The position numbers and the translations under genes are program-made. A model generated the notes under the pieces. The model was given only the letters and a program-made list of their open reading frames with translations. It was not told the DNA's origin and did not search any database. A stretch of 64,000 nucleotides of DNA from Candidatus Eiseniibacteriota bacterium (GTDB lineage: Bacteria; Eisenbacteria; RBG-16-71-46; CAVPCR01). Where the stretch lies: NCBI GenBank assembly GCA_963702435.1, contig CAVPCR010000002.1, positions 64,001 to 128,000 of the forward strand. The letters run 5' to 3'. Below are positions 34,579-45,285 of the stretch, piece by piece. Each line of letters begins with the position of its first letter. Position 1 is the first letter of the stretch.

Positions 34579-34795
34579 GTGGACTCCTTGATCAGCCTGG
34601 ATCAAACCCGGGCCGGCCCCGCGGCCAGCTCGATCGCCGCGCCCTGCCGCAAGGGGCGGGCGCCATCCCGGAGAGCCTAAAACCGGGCCGGGCCCCGGCG
34701 TTCTTCCGGTTGCCCCGGGGAAAGGCTGCTCCCGGCCAGCATCACGCCAGCCAAACCTGTGAGGCTAGCAGAACTGGCCCGCCAGCCAACCGGGG

Positions 34796-34824
34796 AATTG
34801 ACGACCAGGTCAAGCCGCTGTCAA
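34796..34824 (-). promoter_or_regulatory. Putative sigma70 promoter upstream of secA
   Basis: TTGACA-17 bp-TCAATT on the minus strand. Confidence 0.4.
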
Positions 34825-34874
34825 TGAGACGCTTGGGCCGCCCGGTTCGCGCGGATTCGAGGCCGGCAGCCGGT

Positions 34875-37487
34875 CTAGCGGTGCTCTCCCGCATCCGCTT
34901 CAGGCCAGGTTGCGGCATAGAAGCCACCGTCCATCGAGCCGAAGAAGGCGGTCCGTCCGAGGACCGCAGGGCTCGAGTAGAGGCGACCCTTGGCCGGGAA
35001 TCCCCAGCGCTCGGCACCGGTCGCCGCATCGAGGACACGGAGCCGGCCGTCGTAGCTCGTGATCCAGGCCTGCCCGGCCTGATCCACCGCGGGCCGGCAC
35101 TTGACCGGTCCCCCGGTGCGCACGCGGTAGACCTCGCTCCCGTCCGCCGTGCGGAGGGCGAAGAGCGAACCCCCGTCGGTGCCGAGGAGGACCAAGTCTC
35201 CGGCGAGGACCGCGGCGCTCCCGCACGCGCTCTTGAGCCGGGCCGTCCACAGGCGATCCCCATCGGCGACGGAAAAGGCCGCGACCTCGCCGCCGGTCGT
35301 CCCCACGATGACGCGGTCGGCGGCGACGGCAGCCGTCGTCGAGATCGTGCTGCCGGCCGTCGCCTTCCAGATCACGTCCCCCTTCTCGAGATCGAGGCAG
35401 TAGAGGGCGCGATCGTGCGAGCCGACGTACACGCGATCGCCGGCGATCGCGGGCGAGGCCCAGACGACACCGCCGGTCTTCGCCTTCCAGGCGAGCGTTC
35501 CATCGCCCGCCTTGAGGGCATAGACGTGGTGATCGTGCGAGCCGATCACGACGAGATCGCGATCGGCCGCGTAGGCCGGCGACGAGACGACCTTGCCGTT
35601 CGTCTTGAATCGCCAGCGCTCGCCCCCGCTCGCGAGGTCGGCGGCGACCACATCGCCGCCGTACGTGCCGACGACCGCGAGCGGGCCGCAGGTCGCGGGC
35701 GAGGAGCCGATGCCGGCGCCGACCGCGAGCCGCCAGGCCTCGGCGCCGTCGTTCACGCCGAGGGCGTAGAGATTCCCGTCGCGCCCGCCGACGATCACGC
35801 GGTCCGCGGCGAGCAGCGGCGAGGAGGTGATGGCGTCCTTGAAGGTCCGGGTCCAGCTGGCGCCGGTGAAGGCCGCCGCGGGCGGGAGTCCGTCCTCCGC
35901 GCCGTCCTCGCTCCCCGCCGTGCGCACCGGCCTGGCGGCATCCTGGAGCCCGGTCACCCGCGGTCCTTCCGGGCCGCCTCCGGTCAGGAAGCGTCCGATG
36001 AGGATGAGGACGATGAGGACCGCGACGATGCCGAGCCCCACGAGCGACCAGGTGAACCAGCGGCGGAGGAGATAGCTCTCCTCATCCGGCTGCGCGGTCC
36101 CTCGCCGCCCGGCCATCTGCTGGCGGATGCGGCGGGTCGGGATGACGATGCCGTCCTGCTCGACGGCCGGCGGCAGTTCGGAGGAAGACGGCAAATCGTA
36201 CGCGGCGGGCGGCGTGGATCCGGGTGAAGCGTACGTTGTGCTCGGTCCGGGCGCCGCGATCGGGAGAGCGAACGGCTCGGGCTCCGCCATCGGAGAGGCG
36301 GATTCGGGCGCCGCCATCGGAGCGACCGCTTCCGGCTCTGCGAACGGATCGAACGGCTCGGGCGCCGCCATCGGAGCGACCGCTTCCGGCTCTGCGAACG
36401 AGAAGAGATCCTGCTCGCGCACAAGATCACGAGAGCGTGGAGACGTGACCTCGCCGTCCGGCCGGACCGTGTCCGGCGCCGGTTCGCCGCGCCAGCGATC
36501 GAGCCAGCTCCCCTTCTGCTCGGCCCGGTGGCGGCGGCCGGAGCGGATGAGGAAGGGGGCGGCCGCTTCCTCGCCGGTCTCCTCCGTCTCGCCGCCGGAG
36601 AGTCGGGCGGGCGGCGCGGCGTTGCTCGCGGCCGGGGGAAGAGCAGCGCTCGCGGGGGGGAGGGTACGGCTCGCGGCCGGCGCGGTGTCGAGCGCGGCGG
36701 GAACGATCGGTTCCCGATCCGGCGACGCGATGACCGGGGGCGGCGACGCGATGACCGGGGGCGGTGCACTCGCTTCGCGCATCGCCGGCGCTGAAGCCAC
36801 GGCCGGCGCCGTGGCCGCCGCAGCGACCGTCGCCGGTGTCGCCGCCGCAACCGGCACCTGGGCGCCGCGATTCATGCGTGCGGCAAGGACCGGTTCGTCG
36901 AGTGTCCCGAGCCCGGCGAGGAGATCGGCCGCCACATCGGACATGAGCGCTTCGCGCAGGCGGAAGATGCCGACCCGCGCCGCCGCCGAACGCGCCATGA
37001 CGCAGAGGACCGCTCCCGCGCCGAGCGTGAGGGAGGCGCGCCAGAGACCCGCACTGCTCTCCCGCTGGAGCGTGCCGATCTCCGGCACCGTGCGGAATCC
37101 GTCCGGGCCGAGTTCGAGGACCTCCCGGCCCTGTCGCACGGCCACGAGCGTCGTCGAGAGGGCGGCGACATCGAGCCGCGCCCCGTCCACGGCGAGAAAG
37201 GCCGCGACCAGATCCGGCTCCTTGAGGAATTCGCGATCGGCGGCGAAATCCTGGAGCGATGCGGCGAGAAGATCCCCCGCCCGCCGCCAGGCGGCACGGC
37301 CCTTGTAGCCGGTCCACAACTGCCGGTAGGCAGCGAGCGCGAGCGGCCAGCGCGCGCTCCGGCCGGTCGGATCCGCGGCGAGGATCGCCAGCGCCGTGCC
37401 GGCGCGGGCGCGATCCGACTCGCCGTGGATCAGGGAGCGGGTGTGCGTCGGAGTCCGGGTGGCAAAGTCGACGAGAGGGAGATTCAT
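34875..37487 (-). CDS. Membrane protein with C-terminal PQQ-like (BamB-type) beta-propeller
   Basis: ATG 37487 after GAGG; N-terminal globular region, Pro/Ala-rich linker, one TM helix, about 8 SSP...G..DG.LYAL...G...W repeats. Confidence 0.8.
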   Translation of the reverse strand: MNLPLVDFATRTPTHTRSLIHGESDRARAGTALAILAADPTGRSARWPLALAAYRQLWTGYKGRAAWRRAGDLLAASLQDFAADREFLKEPDLVAAFLAVDGARLDVAALSTTLVAVRQGREVLELGPDGFRTVPEIGTLQRESSAGLWRASLTLGAGAVLCVMARSAAARVGIFRLREALMSDVAADLLAGLGTLDEPVLAARMNRGAQVPVAAATPATVAAAATAPAVASAPAMREASAPPPVIASPPPVIASPDREPIVPAALDTAPAASRTLPPASAALPPAASNAAPPARLSGGETEETGEEAAAPFLIRSGRRHRAEQKGSWLDRWRGEPAPDTVRPDGEVTSPRSRDLVREQDLFSFAEPEAVAPMAAPEPFDPFAEPEAVAPMAAPESASPMAEPEPFALPIAAPGPSTTYASPGSTPPAAYDLPSSSELPPAVEQDGIVIPTRRIRQQMAGRRGTAQPDEESYLLRRWFTWSLVGLGIVAVLIVLILIGRFLTGGGPEGPRVTGLQDAARPVRTAGSEDGAEDGLPPAAAFTGASWTRTFKDAITSSPLLAADRVIVGGRDGNLYALGVNDGAEAWRLAVGAGIGSSPATCGPLAVVGTYGGDVVAADLASGGERWRFKTNGKVVSSPAYAADRDLVVIGSHDHHVYALKAGDGTLAWKAKTGGVVWASPAIAGDRVYVGSHDRALYCLDLEKGDVIWKATAGSTISTTAAVAADRVIVGTTGGEVAAFSVADGDRLWTARLKSACGSAAVLAGDLVLLGTDGGSLFALRTADGSEVYRVRTGGPVKCRPAVDQAGQAWITSYDGRLRVLDAATGAERWGFPAKGRLYSSPAVLGRTAFFGSMDGGFYAATWPEADAGEHR

Positions 37488-37829
37488 GCGTCGCACCTCG
37501 TGGCGGCGCCGCGGCCGTTCCTGGCGTGGAGCGCCGGGCGCAGGATCGAGCGGGACGAGGTGGTCGACCGAGGTCGAGACCGGGACCGGGACGGGGATGC
37601 GGCCACCCGCGGTGGGCGGCAGGCGGACGCGGGAGCGCACAGAACGCGCGAGCGCACGGGATGTCCTCGGTGACCACGCCATTCCCGCGAAGGCACTGGG
37701 CCGGGGCACCGCGGGGGAGATTCGCTGGCGCCGCGCGCGTCCGCAGGGGCCGCGCGAGCGTTGCCCGCACCATACCGCCCCGCCGCGCGCGACACAAGGG
37801 GCCGCCCACCTCGTCCGCGGTCCGCCCCC

Positions 37830-38085
37830 GGCAAACGCTGTCGGGTCTTGTGAACTCCTCGCCCCGGCCGGCCGCCCCCGCGGCAAACGCTGTCGGGTCT
37901 TGTGAACTCTCCTCCGCTGGGCCTCGCTGCTTCTGCGGCGGACGCCATCGCCCCACCCGGCGACGGCACCCTCCGCGTCAAACGCTGTCGGGTCTTGTGA
38001 ACTCTCCTCCGCTGGGCCTCGCTGCTTCCCCGGCGGACGCCATCGCCCCACCCGGCGACGGCACCCTCCGCGGCAAACGCTGTCG
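37830..38085. repeat. Intergenic direct repeats: CAAACGCTGTCGGGTCTTGTGAACTC x3 plus a partial copy, within a 95-bp tandem duplication
   Basis: Core starts at 37832, 37884, 37979 and 38074 (partial); spacings 52, 95 and 95 bp. Confidence 0.9.
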
Positions 38086-38353
38086 CCTTCGGTGCCTCCA
38101 AGTGAGCTCGCCCGAACGTCCGATGACGCATGCCCGATGCATGTATTGCACGATGCGTGCCGCGGCGTTGGATGAGACTGCCCTCAGCGAGGGCGTTTGC
38201 AGCACCCCCGAGGCCAACATCTCCCGGTCACCTGCACAAGGTGTGCACGCCGTTGTCACTTTCGACAACCTCGTTGCGAATAGCACCGCGCGCAGGGGTA
38301 GCCCGGGGGCGGGGACCTGGCGGTTGCCGCGGCCGGCACGGCTGCAGCCGTGA

Positions 38354-38574
38354 CTACGGCTCGCGCCCCGGCATCGCGCACTGCCCGAGGAGCCAGTCGC
38401 GGAACATTACGACGCGCTGGCTGTCGGCCTTGCGTTCGGGGTAGAACAGGTAATACGCGTACTCACTCGTGACCGGGCGGTCGATGGCGACGACAGCCGG
38501 CCGCCCGCGAGTTCCTCCGGATCAGGAACTGGGGCAGGAGCGCCAGGCCCACACCGGCAATGGCACGATGTGGA
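38354..38574 (-). pseudogene. Displaced 3' fragment of a LysR gene (direct repeat of 51142-~51378)
   Basis: Aligns by eye with the 3' end of the LysR gene, with scattered substitutions and small indels; stop is TAG here and TAA there. Confidence 0.88.
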
Positions 38575-38656
38575 CCCTTACACAACGCCGGCCCTCGGGC
38601 TATCATCGTCCCGATCAATGCCATCGGGGTTCCGAACGGGCCACCGGGAGGAGTCG

Positions 38657-40037
38657 ATGACCACCCTGATCCGCGACCTCGTCGTCGTCCTTCCGGGCAT
38701 CCTCGGAAGCACGCTCGCGAAGAATGGCGAACTCGTCTGGGCCCCGTCAGCGGGCGCCGCCCTCGAAGCGGTCCGGACCTTCGGGCGTAGCCTCCGTTCT
38801 CTCTCCCTTCCCGCCAGCATCCAGGACGAGCACCCGAACGACGGAGTCGTTCCCGTCGGCCTCATGCCGGACCTCCACGTCCTCCCGGCATCTGGTCGAT
38901 CCAACTGGGATACGACCGACTGATGGCGCGCCTGCGCTCCATGTTCCACCTCATCGAGCCCTCGCCGACCGATCCCGATCCATCCCGAATCTCCTCGCGG
39001 TTCCATACGACTGACGACTCTCCAACCGCTACGACGGGCGGCGGCTCGAGTCGATCGTCGAGCCTGCGCTGGAACGATGGCGAGCCCAGCGGGGGATCTT
39101 CGCGGACGCGAAGCTCGTCTTCATCTGCCACTCGATGGGTGGACTCGTCGCCCGCTGGTACCTCGACCGAGAAGGTGGCGCGGAAGTAACACGGAAGCTC
39201 ATCACCATGGGCACGCCGCATCGTGGATCGCTCTTCGCGCTCGACAAGCTCGTCAACGGCGCCCGACGCGGTCTCGGACCCATCCAGATCGATCTCACCT
39301 CGTTCGGAAGGACGCTGCCCGGCCTCCATCAACTCCTTCCGGAGTACGCCTGTATCGAGACGCCGGACGGACTCGCGCACACCACCGAGGTGCGGCTTCC
39401 ACACCTGGACACGCTGATGGTCTGCGATGCCATGCGGTTCCACAAAGAGATGGACAAGGCCCGGTCCGCCGCCTACGACCTCCATCCGATCGTCGGATTC
39501 CGGCAGCCAACCCGGGCCACCGCTCGGATCGACGGCGATCGCGTTACCACGTACGAGACGATCCAGGACAACGACGAAGGCGGCGACGGGACCGTGCCCA
39601 CGTTCGCGGCCACGCCCAGGGGCCTCGCCACCGACGCCCCTTCGATCTTCCCGGTCGCCGACCGGCACGGTTCCCTGCAGCACAACGACGCCATCTGGGA
39701 CAAGCTCCGCTTCGTCCTCGAGGACCACGCCACGCCATACATGGCCGGGGGAACGACCGGGCTCTCCCTCCGGATCGACGAGATCTTCCTTGCGAGTGAG
39801 CCGATTCGCACAACGGTCGGCGCGGAGGGCGAGCGCGTCAAGCTGCGGGTCCGGGTCGTGGACGAAGCGGGCCGCGATGCCGCGGACAGGCTCTGCAACC
39901 CGGAAGAGACCGTGACCCTGGGCCCCTTCCCACCCGGGGCCTACGCGGTCTCGGTCAGCGGCGTGGCGTCCGCGGCCACGCGCATCGGACCGGTCACGAG
40001 CCCCATCCTCATCTGGAGCCCGGAGGATCTCGCCTGA
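38657..40037 (+). CDS. Alpha/beta-hydrolase (lipase/LCAT-like acyltransferase), frameshifted
   Basis: VVVLPGILGS (oxyanion region), ICHSMGGLVAR (nucleophile elbow), MGTPHRGS, GDGTVP, HGSL; RBS GGAGGA. Confidence 0.85.
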
Positions 40038-43000
40038 TGGCCGAACATCGGCCGCGCGTCTACTTCGGGGTCGGGATCAGCACGTACGAGTCCTTCGCGG
40101 ATCTACACGCCGCAGCCCCAAGGTCCGCGATCTCGCGGCCCATCTCGGTACGCGCGGGTACGTCGTCGCCGGGCCGATCACGGACCCGAAGCCGAGGAAG
40201 AAGCCCGTGCCGCGCTGAATGCTCACCTGGGTCGGGATGCGTTGCAGGCCGGCAGCTGCTTGATCGTCCTCTGGTCGGGACACGCCGACCGCCAGCCCGA
40301 GGGACTTCACCTCATCGCCAGGAACACGTCAAAGGGCGGGACGCGGGAACTGACCCCGGAGTACCTGGCTTCCCGGATCGCTCGCAGCGGCGCCACCCAG
40401 ATCCTCCTCCTGCTCGACACCTGCTACGCGGGGGAGGGAGTCCTCGAGGCGCAGCATGTCATCGCACAGATCAAGCTTGAGCGGTCCGATACTACCTGGT
40501 TCGGGGTCCTGGGATCGACGCTCGCGCTGGAACGCGCCAGGGACGGCGTCTTCGTGACGCGGCTCCGCGAGCTCCTCGAGCACGGCCCGAAGGATCCCGT
40601 CGAGGCTCGCCGCTGGAGCGTGCACAACGAGGGAGTGCGAGGCGACGACGTCATCAACGCCTTGATCGCGGACTGGTCAGAGACCGAGCACCGCCCACAG
40701 TTGAGCATCCAGGGAGACGGCCCGCCACTCGTCATGCTCCCCAACCCGTCCTTCGACGCCGACGCACCTGCCCAGGTCGTCGAGCACCTCCTCCTCGCGG
40801 CCGCGGGCCGAGCGCCGGACGAGGAAGGGATCTACTTCATCGGCCGCGAAGCGCAACTCGAAGAGATCGTCGCCTGGGCGAACCGCGGCCAGGCCGGCGT
40901 CTTCCTGCTCACAGGTCCCGCTGGGAGCGGGAAGTCTGCCATCGCTGGCCGGATCGCGAGCCTCTCCAATCCAAGACAACGCGCCGAGATCCTCGCCGCC
41001 GGGCCGCTCGCCCACGCCGACCCGGGCCCGAACTCGGTCACCGCCAACGTCCACCTGCGGGGGCTGACCGTCGATCAGGCGGCCGGAGAGCTCGATCGCC
41101 AACTGGTGGCGAGCGGAGCGATCCCGCGAGAGGCAGGGGGAGTCTCGAGGAATCGAGGCGATCTCGTGGCGGAGATCAGGCGGTCCACCCGTGCGCCGCT
41201 CATCGTCCTCGACGGACTCGACGAAGCAGGCTCGGAGGCCCGCCCGATCGCGCGAGATCTCGTCAGCCTCCTCGCGCCGACGGCCCGCGTCCTCGTCACC
41301 ACCCGCCCTCTCCGGCCCGAAGGATCCGAAGAGACGAACGCTGCGCAGATCACAGGTGCAAGCCAGACGATCGATCTCGGCACTCCAAAACTCGTCGACG
41401 AGACGAGTCGCGACGTGAAGGCATACGTGGCGAAGCGGCTCGAGGGCATCGATGCCGAGCGCATGGACCCGGCCAAGGCTCGCAGAAGCGATCGATCTGT
41501 CGACCGCCGATCAGGGTGAAGGAGCCTTCCGACTCCGCGTGCGTCGTAACGTCCCAGCTCCGGGACGAACCCATTGACACGTCGATCCCGGGATGGGAGA
41601 GCGCACTCAGCCGGAGCATCGAGGAGGTGTTCGAGAAGGACCTCGGTCGCTCCGACGATCCCGCCCGGGCGCACGCCCTCCTCTCCGCACTCGCCTGGGG
41701 GTACGGGTCTGGAGGTCTCCGACGACGTCTGGCAGGTGATCGCGAACGCCCTCGTACCCGAACCGACCTACCGGCGTGACGACGTCTACACCGTCCTCCG
41801 CGCCGCCGGGCGCTACATCATCGAGGACAGGATTCCGCGGTCGCGCGGTCTACCGGCTTTCCCATCAGAGGCTTGTCGATCACTTCCGGCATCACGGCGG
41901 CGCGGCTGACTTCGACGCGATGGAGCGCGCGGCCGCGGTGGCAGGCAGCCTCGTTGACCACTATCTCGCGCAGCTCGGAGCGGGAACGCCAGCGAGAGAA
42001 CACGACTACCTCTGGATCTACACCTGGCGTCACTGCTCGGACGGCGGCGAGGTCGGCATCGCTGAACTGCGGAAGCTCGTCGCGGAGGACGAAGGGGCCT
42101 TCCTCCCCGACCTCGCCATGGCCCTCAGCAATCTCGGCGCCTGCTTCAGCGAGCTCGGGCGGCGGCAGGAAGGCGCTCCAACCCACCCAGGAGGCCGTCT
42201 CCATCTACAGGGACCTCGCGCGCGACAACCCCGCCTTCCTCCCCGGTCTCGCCTCGGCCCTCAACAATCTCGGCGTCTGCTTCAGCGAGCTCGGGCGGCG
42301 GCAGGAAGGCGCTCCAACCCACCCAGGAGGCCCTCTCCATCTACAGGGACCTCGCGTGCGACAACCCCGCCTTCCTCCCCGACCTAGCCGCGGCCCTCAG
42401 CAATCTCGGCGTCCGCTTCCGCGAGCTCGGGCGGCGGCAGGAGCACTGCAACCCACCCAGGAGGCCGTCTCCATCCGCCGGGACCTCGCGCGCGACAACC
42501 CCGCCTTCCTCCCCGGCCTCGCTTCGGCCCTCAACAATCTCGGCGTCCGCTTCAGCGAGCTCGGGCGGCGGCAGGAGGCGCTCCAACCCACCCAGGAGGC
42601 CGTCTCCATCTACGGGGACCTCGCGCGCGACAACCCCGCCTTCCTCCCCGGCCTCGCTTCGGCCCTCAACAATCTCGGCGTCCGCTTCAGCGAGCTCGGG
42701 CGGCGGCAGGAGGCGCTCCAACCCACCCAGGAGGCCGTCTCCATCTACGGGGACCTCGCGCGCGACAACCCCGCCTTCCTCCCCGGCCTCGCTTCGGCCT
42801 TCAACAATCTCGGCGGCTGCTTCAGCGAGCTCGGGCAGCGGCAGGAGGCGCTCGAACCGACCCAGGAGGCCGTCTCCATCTACAGGGACCTCGCGCGCGA
42901 CAACCCCGCCTTCCTCCCCGACCTAGCCGGCGCCCTCAGCAATCTCGGCGTCCGCTTCCGCGAGCTCGGGCGGCGGCAGGAGGCGCTCCAACCCACCCAG

Positions 43001-44470
43001 GAGGCCGTCTCCATCCGCCGGGACCTCGCGCGCGACAACCCCGCCTTCCTCCCCGACCTAGCCGGCGCCCTCAACAATCTCGGCGTCCGCTTCAGCGAGC
43101 TCGGGCGGCGGCAGGAGGCGCTCCAACCCACCTAGGAGGCCGTCTCCATCCGCCGGGACCTCGCGCGCGACAACCCCGCCTTCCTCCCCGGCCTCGCTTC
43201 GGCCCTCAACAATCTCGGCGTCCGCTTCAGCGAGCTCGGGCGGCGGCAGGAGGCGCTCCAACCCACCCAGGAGGCCGTCTCCATCTGCGGGGACCTCGCG
43301 CGCGACAACCCCGCCTTCCTCCCCGGCCTCGCCATGGCCCTCAGCAATCTCGGCGGCTGCTTCAGCGAGCTCGGGCGGCGGCAGGAGGCGCTCCAACCCA
43401 CCCAGGAGGCCGTCTCCATCTACAGGGACCTCGCGCGCGACAACCCCGCCTTCCTCCCCGACCTAGCCGGCGCCCTCAACAATCTCGGCGTCCGCTTCAG
43501 CGAGCTCGGGGCGGGGGCAGGAGGCGCTCCAACCCACCCAGGAGGCCGTCTCCATCCGCCGGGACCTCGCGCGCGACAACCCCGCCTTCCTCCCCGACCT
43601 CGCCATGGCCCTCAGCAATCTCGGCGGCTGCTTCCGCGAGCTCGGGCGGCGGCAGGAGGCGCTCCAACCCACCCAGGAGGCCGTCTCCATCTACAGGGAC
43701 CTCGCGCGCGACAACCCCGCCTTCCTCCCCGACCTCGCCATGGCCCTCAGCAATCTCGGCGCCTGCTTCAGCGAGCTCGGGCGGCGGCAGGAGGCGCTCC
43801 AACCCACCCAGGAGGCCGTCTCCATCTACAGGGACCTCGCGCGCGACAACCCCGCCTTCCTCCCCGGCCTCGCCATGGCCCTCAGCAATCTCGGCGGCTG
43901 CTTCAGCGAGCTCGGGCGGCGGCAGGAGGCGCTCCAACCCACCCAGGAGGCCCTCTCCATCTACAGGGACCTCGCGCGCGACAACCCCGCCTTCCTCCCC
44001 GACCTAGCCGGCGCCCTCAACAATCTCGGCGTCCGCTTCAGCGAGCTCGGGCGGGGGCAGGAGGCGCTCCAACCCACCCAGGAGGCCGTCTCCATCCGCC
44101 GGGACCTGCGCGCGACGACAACCCCGCCTTCCTCCCCGGCCTCGCTTCGGCCCTCAACAATCTCGGCGTCCGCTTCAGCGAGCTCGGGCGGCGGCAGGAG
44201 GCGCTCCAACCCACCCAGGAGGCCGTCTCCATCTACAGGGACCTCGCGCGCGACAACCCCGCCTTCCTATCGAATCTCGAGATGGCGACGAACAACCTGA
44301 CTCGGCTCTTAGCTCTCCAGGAGAACCCGGTCCCCCAAGGTATGCTCGGCCCGGGCGTGCACGAAGTGCCAGGGGATACGCAGGAGCGCTCCGCAGGTGC
44401 TCTATCGCGCACTCTGAATCGGCTTCGCAACGCGCTGACCAAACTGCTGACCAAACTGAGGTGCGAATAG
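40037..44470 (+). CDS. Caspase-like peptidase (C14) - STAND/NACHT-like NTPase - TPR repeat protein (frameshifts, one in-frame TAG)
   Basis: YFGVGISTY, LWSGHA (His), LLLDTCYAG (Cys); Walker A GPAGSGKS, Walker B IVLDGLDEA; Y.LSHQRL; 16 TPR units. Confidence 0.85.
42096..44270 (+). repeat. Tandem array of 16 near-identical 135-bp (45-aa) TPR-coding repeats
   Basis: Unit PAFLPxLAxALxNLGxxFxELGRRQEALQPTQEAVSIxxDLARDN; starts at ~42096, 42231, 42367, 42501, 42636, 42771, 42906, 43041, 43176, 43311, 43446, 43582, 43717, 43852, 43987, 44124. Confidence 0.95.
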
Positions 44471-44659
44471 CGGCGGGCTCGTCCCATCCCGTCCAACTCG
44501 AGCCACCCTCGGTGCGCCGTGTGTTGGTCCGCCGAATCTCAACGCCCCACTCCGTAGTCTGAACCTGTTGTGAGAGTGAATCCTGGTCCTGCGCTGGGGA
44601 AGGGTCCCGGGAGGGGATTCCCGCGAGGCGCTGCATGGGTTGGGCTAGTTCTCACACGC

Positions 44660-45120
44660 AACAACGTCGTCCCCGCCGCCATTTCCTCGATCCAGACCCA
44701 CGGCACGCTCACCAACTGGCACCCGCACCTCCATGTGTTGGTCGCCGACGGCGCCTTTCGATCCGACGGTACCTTGATGCCGCTCGGCGTCCAATCCCTG
44801 AGGTGCTCACCGAGGGCTTCTGCCGCGCCGTGCTCCGCGCCTTCGTCCGCCACCGACTGCTCAGCGACGACGTAGCAGCCTCCATGCTCGCCTGGCGGCA
44901 CTCCGGCTTCCAAGCCCACAACGCGGTGCGCTTGCCAGGCGATGATCGACGCGGAGCCCTGGAACTCGCCGGCGACTCGGCCCGATCGCCCCGCAGGCGG
45001 CCATCGACCCGCTCGGCTCCGCACAGGCCACGCCGACCGACTCGAGATCGAGAACGCCGTCGTCAGTGATCGGTGACAACGCAACGGGCGAGGTCTGCCT
45101 GCCTCGGAGTCGAGGCCTCT
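44660..45120 (+). mobile_element. IS91/ISCR-like rolling-circle transposase remnant (HUH segment plus downstream flank)
   Basis: SIQTHGTLTNWHPHLHVLVADGAF (HUH motif); MLAWRHSGFQAHNAVRL. Confidence 0.8.
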
Positions 45121-45285
45121 TGTCCTGCCGCCAAGCGTGTAGTCCTGGCACAGAACTGACACAGGCGCTACCGTTGCCAATCAGCCGATCTGGCCAAAGC
45201 GCAGGACGTGCCGAGATAGGGGCAGGCTGATCTGTTGCGACTTCGCCGTCCGATTGCTGTGGGTCATTCTGACCGGTGCCTCAGT

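Noticed and set aside
37830..38085. CRISPR array
   Set aside because: Intervening sequences are unequal in length, two are near-identical, and no cas genes occur in the window.
42096..44270. Diversity-generating retroelement or CRISPR-like array
   Set aside because: The repeats are in-frame coding units, no reverse transcriptase is present, and variation is not adenine-specific.
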